DNA of 64,000 nucleotides from Octopus sinensis (GCF_006345805.1 NC_043006.1:38378001-38442000), one strand, 5' to 3'; shown: positions 27,587 through 41,670, numbered from the stretch's first letter. Translations and numbers: made by a program. The notes: a model not told the origin generated them from the sequence alone.

Positions 27587-27934
27587 ATATATATATTATA
27601 TAAGAATATATATCTATATATATTATATATATATATATATATACGATGGATAGATCGATATAAGGTATGTATTTATACCGGTTGAGTAGATATGCATATC
27701 TGTCGGCGGTATGTATGTATGTATGTATGTATGTATGTATGTATGTATGTATGTATGCGTATGTGTGTGTGTGTATGCATGTAGATGTATACCCAGTGAT
27801 TTTGTTTCTTGTAGCTCTTTTGTCAGACAATATTTCAATGGAAAAAAATACTAACCAGCTTAATTAATTTCATGATGTTTCTTCGCCCTATATTTCTTAG
27901 GAAAATATATTAAATATTTCATAACTTAAGTCGA

Positions 27935-28064
27935 CATCGTCATCATCATCATCATCATCATCGTCGTCGTCGTCGTCGTCTTCTTCTTCTTCTTCTTCTT
28001 CTTCTTCTTCTTCTTCTTCTTCTTCTTCTTCTTCTTCTTCTTCTTCTTCTTCTTCTTCTTCTTC

Positions 28065-28136
<72 letters not shown>

Positions 28137-28137
28137 T
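27935..28137. repeat. Compound trinucleotide microsatellite (CAT)(CGT)(CTT)(ATT)(AGT)
   Basis: Direct reading. Confidence 0.95.
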
Positions 28138-28684
28138 TCAGTAGAGAGCAGTACATGCCATCAAAATGACACTGGGGTAAAATATACGAAGCTCAGTATA
28201 CCCATCATGACTACCGGTCTGATAAGGGTACATCGGGTACATGCGTCGTAACCATGTGCGCGCCATGGCGTTCTCATATCAAGATAAATAGCTCATGACC
28301 TTCCAGATGGGGCCCAATTAGAATTTTTTTCAGTTTGAGTAGCCCATCCCGCTCAAAAAGTCCTTGAATAAGAGTTGTTTAAGAATTTTGAATGAAACAA
28401 CCATGTTTCCAGGGGTGAATTATCGAAATCCCAAAGAATTCCTCTCAACACATGAAACTCCCACACTACTTCTGTTCATGATCAGAGTTGCACATATTGT
28501 CAGCCATTAAGGGACACGCTCAATTGGCTACGGTCAAGCAACTGACAAGCAAATCTGTGGTATTGAGCAGAATATTTGTTGTAGCTCATCTCTTATACCA
28601 AGACAAAACCCGTGTATGATAACACTTCCAATCAGTTAAGATCAGAAGCCATGAAATTCAATACCTGGTACTACATCAGGGCAT
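28137..28684 (-). mobile_element. Family E, copy 2
   Basis: Reverse-complement copy between trinucleotide tracts. Confidence 0.9.
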
Positions 28685-28693
28685 ATTATTATT

Positions 28694-28738
<45 letters not shown>

Positions 28739-28768
28739 GTTGTTGTTGTTGTTGATGTTGTTGTTATT

Positions 28769-29200
28769 GAAACAAATTTGGGGCTTGGTCTTATTCCTAG
28801 TAGAATTTATTTGAGTAGCGTGTTACTACCTGTAATCTTAGGTATCCACACATTTTCGGCAGTTTTTCAAGTGCTTAGAACCCTCTTGATAATCCTTGCT
28901 GTCCCAAAGAGGCACACTTTCTGTAGGAGCTCCACCTGGAATTCTATTTTAATCTCCTTCAACGATTTGTCTATATATTTGCTTAATGTTCCCAACGCAC
29001 CAATTATTACAGGTACGACCTTTATTGTTCGCATGCTCCAAATTCTTCCTCTTTCAAATTGTAAGGGATCATATTTTCTTTGTTTTCTTCCTCTTTCTTT
29101 GCGATCCTGCAATCAAACGGGCATGATGGTTCGATAAGTAAGCAACTTCGCTTTTCTGTATCTATGATTCTATTATTACCTCCGCCTTCGCCAAGACGGA
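28769..29200 (-). mobile_element. 3' end of an RLE-type non-LTR element (R4/Dong-like), cut by the assembly gap
   Basis: IIDTEKRSCLLIEPSCPFD...KYDPL...VVPVIIGALG...LQKVCLFGTARIIKRVLST*. The 3' end runs into (AAC)/(AAT)n. Confidence 0.8.
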
Positions 29201-29300
29201 NNNNNNNNNNNNNNNNNNNNNNNNNNNNNNNNNNNNNNNNNNNNNNNNNNNNNNNNNNNNNNNNNNNNNNNNNNNNNNNNNNNNNNNNNNNNNNNNNNNN
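29201..29300. other. Assembly gap (100 N)
   Basis: Run of N. Confidence 1.
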
Positions 29301-29591
29301 TATACATGCATCCATGTAAATATGCATGTAAGTATGTAAGCATGTAAGCATGCTTGCATGCATGTAAGCATGCATGCATGCATGTATGTATGTATGCATG
29401 TGTGTATGTAAGCATGCATATATACATCTATGTATGTATGTATGAATGCACGAATGTGGGTACGTATGTATGTACCTACGTATGTATGTATGTATGCATA
29501 TATATATGAATGCATGTACCTACGTATATATGTATGCATATTTTTATGTATCTGTATATTGAATGTGTGCATGTTCCCTTATTTATTTGAA

Positions 29592-30138
29592 ACTAGTTAA
29601 AAAGCCGCGCTCCGTACGGACTTTTAAGGTAGCCCCTGTGGAGGGTTAATTGGGTCTGAGGCCCAAAACTGAACAGAGCTAAACAGCATGACTATAATAC
29701 GTCTATAATGACCATATGGCCCGGTGCTGTTTGATGAGAGGTTAAAGACGAATGAGAATGAATTCTGTTAGGCAATCATTGTATTGTTTCAGTCTCATGT
29801 TGAATTCCAACTGTTGGCCAATCTGTCCCAGAGTTCTTATCTCGAGGTAAAATTAATGAAGCGAATGTCATTTATCTCCCCCTTAAACTTTGACGTTCTC
29901 TGACAAAGGGCAAGTGAGATAACATGAATGAGCCAAGCTTTACCTGCTAGAAATAGCAACCCAAATGCCTTTAGATCAGATCCCAATGCTGGATGTTCAA
30001 TAACCAAATGAAGGGCAGATTTTCAATTCTGGGATCATCCTGATTCCAAAAAAGGTACAATATGTCTATGTAGAGCAAATGTAGACTAAGATATTGGGGT
30101 CTCAGACGGACAGACAGAATTTCTAGTTTATTATTATA
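29592..30138 (+). mobile_element. Possible Helitron/Helentron-type non-autonomous element
   Basis: Starts ACTAG...GCCGCGCTCCGTACGG and ends ACAGACAGA...TTTATTATTATA, the terminal pattern of DINE-like elements. Weak. Confidence 0.3.
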
Positions 30139-30204
30139 AAAGTTCCTTTAAAGAAGGAGATGGTTTCCAACAAAAATACAAAAAAATATCGTTGGAATGT
30201 AGGT

Positions 30205-30385
30205 AAGGAAAAAACAATGTCGTGTTTTGAACTTCAGAAAATTCTTGCATATTTTAACTGCTCCACTTACAGACTGTTTGTAATGTGCGATTAAGCTTGT
30301 TGATTTCTTTTTCTGAAACCCTAGCTTAGCCAGATCGTCACTAAAGTATTTACTTACAAAACCAAGTGCATCAATTATCAATGGT
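30205..30385 (-). mobile_element. C-terminal piece of an RLE-type LINE, probably the continuation of 32600-33618
   Basis: PLIIDALGFVSKY...QSVSGAVKICKNFLKFK. Confidence 0.7.
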
Positions 30386-31382
30386 ATGTATGTATATATG
30401 TGTGTTTGTATGTATGCACGTATGTACGTATGCATATATGCATTTATGTATCTGTATATGTGTGTGATGCGCTTGCATGAATGTTTGTATATGACACACA
30501 CACGCACACACACACATATATATATATATAAACATGTGTATGTGCAAATATGTATGGTTATGTGTGTGTATGTATGCATACATGCACGTATGTACGTATG
30601 TATGTATATATGCATTTATGTATGTGTATAAGTAATGCGCTTGTATGAATGTTTTTATATGACACACACACATATATATACATAAACATATACATGTGTA
30701 TGTGCATATATGTATGCATATGTATGTGTATGTATGCATACATGCACGTATGTGCATATATGTATGCATGTGTGTATGTGTGTGTGTGTGTGTGTGTGTA
30801 AAACTAAAAATAGCTGTACAGATAGAAATACAAACAGACAACAGAAAATAGACAGATATTTGTGTGTTGTTACGTTTATACGTGTATATGTGTTTGTGTG
30901 TGCATGGGTGTATGTTTGTATGTATTCGTGATGTGTGTGAGTGTATGTGTGTGTATGACAGAGAGAGAGAGAGAGGGGGGAGCGAAAAAGAAAGAGAAGG
31001 AGGAGAAAGAGAGTGTGTACACATAACACCAAATCTGAAGGAGAAAAGCAAAACAGTAAATAAAACATAGGAAAAAACAAATCTCCACCGAAAATAATGA
31101 GAGAGAAATTGTAGAAACGAAGATTTATGGCAATCAAGGAAGGGGAAAATATAAGCGGGTGGGAAAGCGGTATGACAGAGGATGGGGTGGGGTGGTGAGA
31201 CGGTGATGACGATAGGGACGGGTGTGAAAGGAGGAAGTATGTGAGATTCTGTGAAGAAATGTAAGACAAAACGGTAATATGGAAGCACGATGAGTAAATG
31301 CTGTATTATCTTAGAAACATATAGGGAAGACTGTGGAAGATGAGGCTGCTGATGCTGTTGTTGTTATTGCTGTTGTTGATGT

Positions 31383-31415
<33 letters not shown>

Positions 31416-31551
31416 GGATGTCGGTGGTGGGAGACGACGATGATGCTGATGATAATGGTGGTGGTGGGAGACGACGATGATGCTGATAATGATGGTGGTG
31501 GTGGTGATGAGTTCTACAGCAGTAATTACAGCAACAACAACAATGACAATA

Positions 31552-31623
<72 letters not shown>

Positions 31624-31701
31624 TTGTAAAGTTAGTTCGAAGTCACGAATTGTTGGCGGGAAAATTCTTATCGATCACATCGACCTGCAGGACTTGAGAT
31701 A

Positions 31702-31929
31702 TTCTCTTACTTGTTTCAGTCATTTGACTGCGGCCATGCTAGAGCACCGCCTTTAGTCGAGCAAATCGACCCCACGACTTATTCTTTGTAAGCCTAGTAT
31801 TTATTCTATCGGTCTCTTTTGCCGAACCGCTAGGTTACGGGACATAAACACACCAGCATCGGTTCTCAAGCAATGTTGGGGGGACGAACACAGATACACA
31901 CATAAGACATACACATACACACACACAAT

Positions 31930-31967
<38 letters not shown>

Positions 31968-32125
31968 GATAAACGTTTTTCAGTTTCCGTCTACCAAATC
32001 CACTCACAAGGCTTTGGTCGGCCCGAGTCTAATACTAGAAGACACTTGCCCAAGGTGCCACGCAGTGGGACTGAACCCGGAACCATGTGGTTGGTAAGTA
32101 AGCTACTTACCACACAGCCACTCCT
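31702..32125 (-). mobile_element. SINE family A, full length
   Basis: Reverse complement of the 7873-8300 type. Confidence 0.9.
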
Positions 32126-32599
32126 TAGTGACAAAAACAGTATTGGTACCAAAAGGCAATTTTCATATCCAACTTAGCGTGGATGTCTCGGCAGAACACC
32201 GAACACTGTGTTATTAGCTTTGAGAGATTTTCTCTAATAGGCGAATAGTGCATAAAAGAACACACGTAGATCGTAGAAGGCGAGATTCGTCGGTCATAGG
32301 CACCGGGATTTCATTCTCCTGGGTTACATCAGTGGGAGGCATCTGACTATACTTTTATGCACCATGCGCTTATATGAGAGGATCCCTCAAGGCTAATAAT
32401 GCAATATTTGCCGTTCTAACAAGACATCCACATTAAGTTGGATAGAAAGATAGCTTTTTGATACTTTACACACACACACACACACGTGGTGTGTATGTGT
32501 GTGTGTGTAACCTATGCATTAGATTTATAAACAGGGCTAAGTTAGTTATTTCTTCGTAGGCTGTGTGCTAAGAAGCTAGCTTCCCAACCACATGGTTCT

Positions 32600-33618
32600 A
32601 ATCTGGATAGAGTAACTACAGATTTCTCAATTGTTCAGCATAGGTGTTCTCTTTTTCCCTGATCTTCAGCTTTAACCGCTGGGCAGCTAATTTCCACAAC
32701 TCTGCACAGTTTGTCCTCTCTATCCCAAATCATTATGTCAGGTCTGCTGTGCCTACATTTTATTGGAGTCTTCACTGGTATATTCCACCAGTATTCCTTT
32801 TTATTATGGGTGGCTATGGCTTCTACCATATTGTGGATTCATATTTCTTTGTCCTCGGGATTATCTTTCAGACGGATTTCATTACAGATTTCATTACAGA
32901 GTGTCCTAGCTACAACATTATGTCTCATCAGTTGATAATACATTTTCGGACAGCTGATTTATGATGTGCGTGATATCTTCAATGAGAACTCCACAAAATT
33001 TGCAGCGGTTGTCACATTTTACAGCTTTTTCTGCATCTCTATCCCTTTTGTACATCAGGTATTTGGTTGATATTTCCTGTTCCTGGGTTGCAAACGCATA
33101 CTCTTCAAAGTGGGAGGTATTAATCCGGCTATTCGGCCATGAAAAACTGCTTTGATGATCGATGTTACTAACATCACGGAGCTTCCGACTAACATATCCA
33201 TGCATAGTTTTCTGTTCATATAGGCTCATCCTTTCATCTGATGATATGTTGCGGTAGAGTCGTGTAACTTTGGGCATGTATTCTAGATTACCAAACAAAG
33301 AGTATTGCTCAAGGAGCTGCCTTCCAAGTCTTATGATGTTATCAGTTTCATGTATGCAAACTTGGTCAAGGGTTGTACTTCGACACTTAGTGGTTAAAAG
33401 ATGTTGCCTAAGGGATATGATGCGACATTCATAGGCATTTTGGACCGATGTTAAGCCTCTGCCGCCTTGTTTTCGTTTTAAGTACGTCACTGTATATCTG
33501 GAAATTATGTGGTGCTTGTTAGTATTTTTCAGGTTTTCACATCAATGGCTTGGATCTCATCAAGCGGCCCAGATGTTGGTATGAGTACTGGTACTGCAAA
33601 CACATAATGGGCCACTGT
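32600..33618 (-). mobile_element. Degraded RLE-type non-LTR element (RT end, CCHC knuckle, RLE domain)
   Basis: YLKRKQGGRGL, HGY, AFATQEQEISTKY, CKFCGVLIEDITHI, RPDIMIWDREDKLCRVVEISCP. Confidence 0.88.
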
Positions 33619-33633
33619 ATGTATGTATGTATG

Positions 33634-33665
<32 letters not shown>

Positions 33666-33984
33666 AGTTAGGCAGCGACAGTGACTTTCTTCTTAAAGAG
33701 CAAAACATTATTTATTCGCTTTAATTTAACCGATGTCTATTATGAATTGTGTTTGGTATTATTTTCCTAGTATAAGGCGGCGAGCTAGAAAAATCGTTAG
33801 CGCGTCAGATAAGTTAACTCTGGTTCTTTAAGATCAGAGTTCAGAAGCCGTTGGTCATGTGTAGCTTTAATCCTTTCGACGCCGATAAAATAAACTACCA
33901 GTCAAATACTGGGGTTGATGTAAATAGATAATCCTTCCCTACTAAAATTGCTGGCCTTATACCAAAATCTGTCTGTTTGTCTGT

Positions 33985-34190
33985 CCTTCTATGCACTGGC
34001 ACGATGGGACTGGGGTCAAACTTGGTTAGTGATCCTGGAGGTGTCATCATGCGTAGAGGCGACCAGGCTTGCCAGTGCTCCTCGCCATCGCTGGCCGTCC
34101 CGTTCCAACTCCTTTGCATCCTCCAAGGTAATGTCAAACTTCTGGAGATTTTCTTTGATCACGTCCAGCCATCTGATGCAGAGCCTGCCA
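33985..34190 (-). mobile_element. 3' end of an RTE-like LINE
   Basis: IRWLDVIKENLQKFDITLEDAKELERDGQRWRGALASLVASTH followed by a short GACA-repeat tail. Confidence 0.6.
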
Positions 34191-34204
34191 AAATATAAAA
34201 CAGT

Positions 34205-34460
34205 CATTATTTTGTTGTGTGTTTTTTTTTCTACAAATATTCTATAGAGATAAGAGCCAGCACAACGTTTTGCTACAACGTTTCGTATCGAAACCTCAGA
34301 TGTAAACAAACGAACTATTTGTCAGCATTCATTGTTTGTCTCATTGTTTACATTTGAGGCCTCGATACGAAACATTGCAGCAAAAATCAGAGCTGGTTCT
34401 AATTTCTGTAGCATATTTTTAGAAATAACCTTAACAAAATATTGTAAAAAGCACTGCTAA
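34205..34460. repeat. ~250-bp imperfect foldback
   Basis: Core arms TTGCTACAACGTTTCGTATCGAAACCTCAGATGTAAACAA and its near reverse complement at 34348-34387; similarity extends outward. Confidence 0.8.
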
Positions 34461-37400
34461 CATAGTAGAACGTGGTATTGACTTATAAAAACATTTAATA
34501 TACTTTATAGTATGTAGGTGCAGTTTACTCCCTTGAGAGCGGGTTTAAACAAGCTCGCGCTAGATGGCGCAAGCAACGGTGAGATTCTGACACAAAGCCT
34601 TGCAACTTCCTCTTTTCGCATCTAGACGTCGGAGCGAAAAGACATGATCTAGTTGGCTCTCTTACAACACACGCCAGCTAGCAGACTTGAGGTAGTACAC
34701 AGAAGATGAACATGGACACCATTCATCAGACTCTTTCCTTTATTGTTCAATTGTATATGTTTGAGCCCTCGAGTAAAAGTATTTAAAGTTACAGCCTTAT
34801 TATATGAATTCATTGTACCATGTTCCTTTATCAAATAATAATACAGCTTTCTGAACAGAGACCTTATTAGATGGCTTCAAGACCATTTTTGGTGGTGATG
34901 TTCTCAGGTTGTGAAGCCATCTAAAAGTATATTCTGGTTACATAACGAAATACCACGTACTTACAAATCATTATAAAAATAGTTATTTCCAGACTTTGTG
35001 AACATCGGACTTCATTTTCCAATGTGTCTTCAAGTAAAGAAGGAAAATATTAGAAAATAATGTTATACATCACTAGTTGAACTCTGACTATGTAAATACA
35101 TGCAATGGTCATGTCTGAAATGCCTTTGCGGAAATGAAACGGACGAGTTTTTAAAGCTACAGAGGGTTTGGTGAGGTCCTATTGTGAGAGTTTACAAGGT
35201 GCACATACCTACTGTAATCTATTGAATGGTCACCGTTATTCCAAAAGCCGGGGCAAAAGAGGTGATTTAGAAATTGAAACTTTAAAAAATTCTTCTGAAT
35301 CGGGATCTCCGTATTTTAGGACGTGTAATCTCCAAAGTATTTTCGAAAAAAAAAAAAAAGAAAGAAAGAAAAAACTGTTAGATTGGATTAAATTTTGGAA
35401 AGCAGTTTTCCCCCATTTATTGTAGAGTCGTAATCTCTGTTGTTGAAAACGTAGGAATACGAAGAACTTTTTGGAAGAAAATATAATTACGGATGGAGTG
35501 ACCGTCAGACATGTCTACCTGACCAAATTCAACTCACACAACGTTGATCAATCTGAGAACGAAGGGAAACACACTTGTCGAATTTTGCATAGCGAGGTCG
35601 AACTTAAAGCCAAGTGGTTGCAAAGCAAACTTCTTAACCATAGGACTATGTTCCATTTCCTCTCTTTAGTGCTCCGTCGGTTACGACGGCGAGGTTTCCA
35701 GTTGATCCAGTCAACGGAACAACCTGCTCGTGAAATTAACGTGCTAGTGATTGAGTACTCCACGGACACGCGTATCCTTAAAATAGTTTTCAGGGAGAGT
35801 CAGCTTGAGACAGAATGTAACAATGCTGGCCCCTTTGAATTACATGTACAACTCATTATTACCTGCTGAGTGGACTGGAGTAAAAACTAAATAAAGTGTC
35901 TTGCTCAAGGACCTAACGCACCGTCAGGAATCGAACTCACAACATTACGATCGTGAACCTAGCACTCTAACCACTAAGCTACGCACCTTCATCATTTTAT
36001 TTCTTCTATTTCGAAGGAGACGTTTCTATCCTAAAGCAACTAAAACGCTATCACGCTCTGCCGCCATATCTTTTAAACATGAATCTGTAGATCTTCCTTT
36101 TCTTTAAAAAATTAAAATTTAGACAAACTTTTATTTACTGTTTTCTCCGAATCTCCATCATCTTCTTCTGTTCCTTCTCGTCGCCATCATCATTATCTTT
36201 CTCGTCGTTGTTATTGTCTTTGCCATAATTTTGTTTCAACATTTTCATGCAGAACAAATAAAATAATTTCGTAAAATCGCCAACGGTAAAATAACAGTTG
36301 TCAGATTTTATTGCATTTACATATACTAGGTCTTCTCTGAACACGATTGTGTTTCCGGCACTAAAAGTTATAGAAGTGCGTAGACAAGTGATTCCCCATC
36401 AGCGGATCTTCGAAAAGAGTTTTTATGAGTATCTTAGCGTTTATATACTTTCTGGCGAATGATAATATGCACGTATTCGGCTTATTCAGATGGTAAGACA
36501 AAGAATGATCAATATATAAAATAAAGGGAATTTTGAGAAACTTGTTATTAATATCAACGATAAGGCTAACGGAAAATGTCTTAAGGGGATGTTCTGCCTG
36601 CAATATATAAATACAATATCGATTCACATATGTATATAGAAAATGCTGTAAGCTGAAAATATTTGATTAATTGGATTAACCATTTGCAAATATACATTAT
36701 TCTCATTAGATTAAATCCACTCTCATTCTGCATTTCCGAGATTTTTCTCCAAAATTCAATTAATTGATATTACTTCTTTGCTGTTTTGTCAGCTATTTGC
36801 AACACCACTAGTTTATTAATCACTATTTTTCTATACCAGTAGAAGCAAAATTTGTTTAAGTATGTAGTTGACGGTGAATACCTGCAACCGAAGACGTGCA
36901 ACTACGCAGAAATCACGCGATCTAGCAACTCCACCGCCACTACTGGGCGTTTTTCGTCTGCAACTGATACATTGTTGTGCCTTTTAGCACTATACGTCCA
37001 TACAAGTCGCGTTCTCAAGACGAATGCTGCAGTATCATGACTTTCTACAGTATATCAATGTTAAGTAAAATACACAGCTTACTATTTTGAACCAATACCG
37101 CTTCCGTCGCCAACAACAAATTTTTACTCTAGTGGGAGTTTTCGCCCACTAATTAGTTGGGTAATCTCATAAGCTCGAAGTGCTTCAACATGCACTCTAT
37201 CACATATGTGGTGGTCCCTACAGTATTTGTACCGCCTCTGAGGTATTTTCCCCTCGGTCATATTCCAGACTAAAGAGGGAATGGAAAGTGATAAGATTTC
37301 TAATCCTTCTTCTTAGGGAATTAATTAGTTACACATTCTTTGGTACCCATTAAAGCTTTGAGAATCTCTGGGGAGAGTATTACTGTTGGATGGCGCCAAA

Positions 37401-37691
37401 AGCATTGTAATCAACAACTGAATGTCCCACAGCATTAAGCCGAATGCATAAATGCATTGTGTATGTATATGTATATATATATATGTATATATATATATGC
37501 ATATGTATATATGTATATATATATATGTATATATGTATATATATATGTATGTATATATATATGTATATATATATGATATATATATGTATGTATATATATA
37601 TGTATATATATATGTATGTATATATATGTATATATATATGTATGTATATATATGTATATATAATGTATGTATATATATATGTATATATATG

Positions 37692-37722
<31 letters not shown>

Positions 37723-37822
37723 GTATATATATATATGTATATATATTGTATATGTATATATATATATACATATATATACATATATGTATATATATATGTA
37801 TATATGTATATATATATATGTA

Positions 37823-37873
<51 letters not shown>

Positions 37874-38060
37874 TATATATATAATATATATATACAGAAA
37901 GAGAGTGAGAGATAGTATTTCTGTATACACACGTCTTTGCTGAGACACACTCGCATACACACTCGCATACACACAAAACACACGTATGTGCTCATATATG
38001 ACCCAGTATAGATAATCATAGTTACAACCAAACAATCACGCAGCCATATCTATCTATCCA

Positions 38061-38179
<119 letters not shown>

Positions 38180-38784
38180 GCATGCATGCAGGTATGTATA
38201 TAACTATTTATAGTGGTACATAAACTCAGACAGAACTAAACAGGCCTGTCTAATTTACATAGCAGAGCAAGCATTAGCAACATTACTTAATCAATTTACA
38301 GAAACATTACGCAGTGATACGTTATGTAGAAATGGAGAGGAGTGATTACATGATCTCTGATGAAGCATTGATAAATGTCAAAACTAGTCAAATCGACCTC
38401 TTTTTTCCAGACCACAGACAGTAAACATGATTTAATCATAGTTTGTGGTTTTCACAGCGCAGCTAAATGTGTGTTTGCTAAAATCCCACGCACGTAATTT
38501 TTCTTATATCATTGTTTATCTTAACACAGTGAAGTATTTCAATGAATTTATTCATCCAGGTTCACTTCGCTTACATCGTCATATAAATCATTATGTTATA
38601 ATTTCTGCGAAATTTATCTGTGTGTAACAAATTCCAGTTTAGTTCGCAATCCCCGCTTTTCTCTGGCTCTCTTCTTATCTTTGTATGTATGTTTTCTTCT
38701 GTTTTTAATCATTTGAATTCTTTCTCTGAGGAAAGAACTGGTTTTCTAAGAAACATGCAAAGCTTCATCCGTAAAATGCAAATA

Positions 38785-39311
38785 CCGTAAATCCTTGAGC
38801 ATAGTCTGCCCTTGAGTATAATACGCAGGGGATTTTTAGGGGGCTGTACCTATGAAAAACCTAAACCTTGTGTATAATACGCACCCCTTCTCTAACTTGA
38901 GTCGTGCGTAATTAAGCCAGCAGCACATAGTCGAACAAACACTTCCGCGCGTGCGTAATACAATAATGGTGAAGTTCTTAACTGTTATATGGGAATGTAA
39001 ATATGTTTGCAAATTGTTGTTTTTTTTACATGTTATTCTGTGTTCTGAATATTTTTATTTTAATAAATGTTGCTTACTGCAAGTTATGGATGATTCTTTT
39101 ATGACTTCATTGCTTTCAGGCTTAGCTTAAGGTATTTTCGCATCCGACATCACAAAATACGTCTGAATAAACATTGCTGGACAGCAAATAGAGACTCGGA
39201 CATTGCTTAGAAAATATTTTTTCATTTTTGACCTCGTATATAGTGTGCACTAGGGATTTTGACCTTTAAATTTTGGTGAAAAAAATGCGGATTATACTCG
39301 AGGATTTACGG
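38785..39311. mobile_element. Tc2/pogo-type MITE, 527 bp
   Basis: TIRs CCGTAAATCCTYGAGYATARTCYGC (21/25 match), TA TSDs, internal GTATAATACGCA repeats. Confidence 0.82.
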
Positions 39312-39324
39312 TAATGGAAACAAT

Positions 39325-39420
39325 GTCAGATTTTAAACTTGAGGAAAGTTTTGCATATTTTTACTGTTCCACTTACAGATTGTAATTATAATATGCAAGT
39401 TAGTTGGTTGCTTTCTGTAT
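39325..39420 (-). mobile_element. Extreme 3' coding end of the same RLE LINE family
   Basis: LQSVSGTVKICKTFLKFKI*; DNA similar to 30215-30290. Confidence 0.7.
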
Positions 39421-39869
39421 GTATATACACATTTCTCAACATGGTCGTCAAAGATATTAAAGCTGCCACTTTCGAAACTATAAAATTTCGTCTTTTAAAA
39501 GAATATGTTTATTAAAAAATAGGAAGAACATGGAGAACCTCTGCTCTTTAAATTTTCTGAAGAAACCTGCGTTTTTCTCTGTTGGATTTGAAGAAGTTAC
39601 TTTCGTTAAGGCACAATCATTAGCACGCTGGGCAAGATGTTTAGCGCATTTCGTCCTGACATTATGTTCTGAGTTCAAATTCTGCCGAGGTCGACTTTAC
39701 CTTTCATACTTTTGGTCGTTGATAAAATAAGTACCAGTTACGTACTGGAGTCGATATAACAGACTAGCCCCCTCTCCCCCGGAATTGCTGGCCTTGTGCC
39801 AAAATTTGAAACCAGTAAATTAATTTCTTTACAATCAGGAATGCCATCTATCTATCTATCTATCCCTCC

Positions 39870-39907
<38 letters not shown>

Positions 39908-39916
39908 ATTAAGGGC

Positions 39917-40033
39917 ATTTACGTGTAGTAATGCCCTTGATATAAATAAATATATTTAAAGAGAATAATTATAAATTTTCTCTTAAGAGGTTTTCACGAT
40001 GACTACTTGATAAATTCTTATAAAGATTTTATC

Positions 40034-40068
<35 letters not shown>

Positions 40069-40191
40069 CAGGGAATTTACGTGTAGTAATGCCCTTGATA
40101 TAAATAAATATATTTAAAGAGAATAATTATAAATTTTTCTCTTGAGAGGTTTTCACGCTGACTACTTAATACATTCTTATAAAGATTTTAT

Positions 40192-40200
<9 letters not shown>
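39917..40200 (+). repeat. Recent ~125-bp direct duplication separated by (TATC)n
   Basis: 39917-40045 is nearly identical to 40077-40200. Confidence 0.85.
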
Positions 40201-40267
<67 letters not shown>

Positions 40268-40503
40268 AGAGCACAGCAGGGTTCCCTACGACCTCCTGCC
40301 GGAGCCTTGTGGAACTTTAGGTGCTTTCGCTCAATAAACACTCACAAGGCCCGGTCTGGGAATCGAAACTGCGATCCTACGACCGCGAGTCCTCTACCCT
40401 AACCACTGGGTCGTTGTGCCTTCACATGTATACATACCTATGTTTCAATAAGACAAAATAATACTTTATTCCAGGCATAAAACAACGGGTCATGCACTAA
40501 TTG

Positions 40504-40927
40504 CAGCTCTGGATTAACCGTTAAGCAAAGCAAGCATGTGATTAGGATATCAGGGAAAGGAGAGGCACCACAAAAAGGAAAAATGGTTTACGGTACAAAA
40601 AGAATCACTTGTAACGTGGTGAAGTATATTCGGAGTGATTTATATGATCGGAAATATAATTTCAAAGGGCTCAGGGTGTCATAGTGAAGATCTCATCAAA
40701 GAATTAGCAATTAAAAAGAGCAGGAGATAACTTTTCAAATATAAATAAAGTGGAAATATACAAAAATAAGCATCATTTACCATTTTACAATTAGATTTTA
40801 TTTCAGTTTGAAAAATCAGAATTTATCTTACGTTTTATTTTTGTTTATATTTTGAATTACATTTATATGGAGGTACCTAAATCATTTAAGATCTTAAGGC
40901 CTCTGTGAGTCTCTTGATCCAGCCCTA
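40504..40927. mobile_element. Old hAT-like MITE
   Basis: TIRs CAGCTCTGGATTAA / TTGATCCAGCCCTA; degenerate 8-bp TSD ACTAATTG / ACTGATTA. Confidence 0.5.
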
Positions 40928-41321
40928 ACTGATTACATATACTTTTGAAGGATCTTTTACCTTTTCCTTGTTTCGGTCATTAGACTGCGGCCATGGTAAG
41001 CCTGGTACATATTCTATCGCTTTTTTTTATTTTTGCGTAACCGCTAATTTACGGGGATACTGACACACTAACACCGTTTGTCAAGCGGCGGTGGTGGTGG
41101 TTGGGCAAACACTGATAGAAAGACACACACATGCAGTTGTACATACATATAGGCACAAGCGTGGCTCTATGGTAAGAAGCTTGCTTCCCAACCACATGGC
41201 TTCGGGTTCAGTCCCACTGCGGGTCACCTTGGGCAAATGTCTACTACTATACCAAAGCTTTGTGAGTAGATTTGGTAAACGGAAACCGAAAGAAACTCGT
41301 CGTATACATACATACATACAG

Positions 41322-41353
<32 letters not shown>

Positions 41354-41616
41354 TATATAATATATATATATATATAACGAAGACATGACACGATGTAGGT
41401 AAAGACATTTGAGAAATTTGAAAAGTTTACACGAAACCGGTAATTTCTCCAAAAACTGTTACTATATACAAAATTTTATAACATTTTTCTAACATAACGA
41501 CTTAAATATATTCTTTAACCTTATAAAACAAGCCTTCTGTAGTTTTTTTTTCACTTTTTTATATTTTTTATATATCCAACCACGTGCTTTCACACACCAA
41601 CTTTCTCACCTATATA

Positions 41617-41670
<54 letters not shown>

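Noticed and set aside
27926-28156. Poly-Thr/Asn/Lys/Met ORF
   Set aside because: It is a compound microsatellite.
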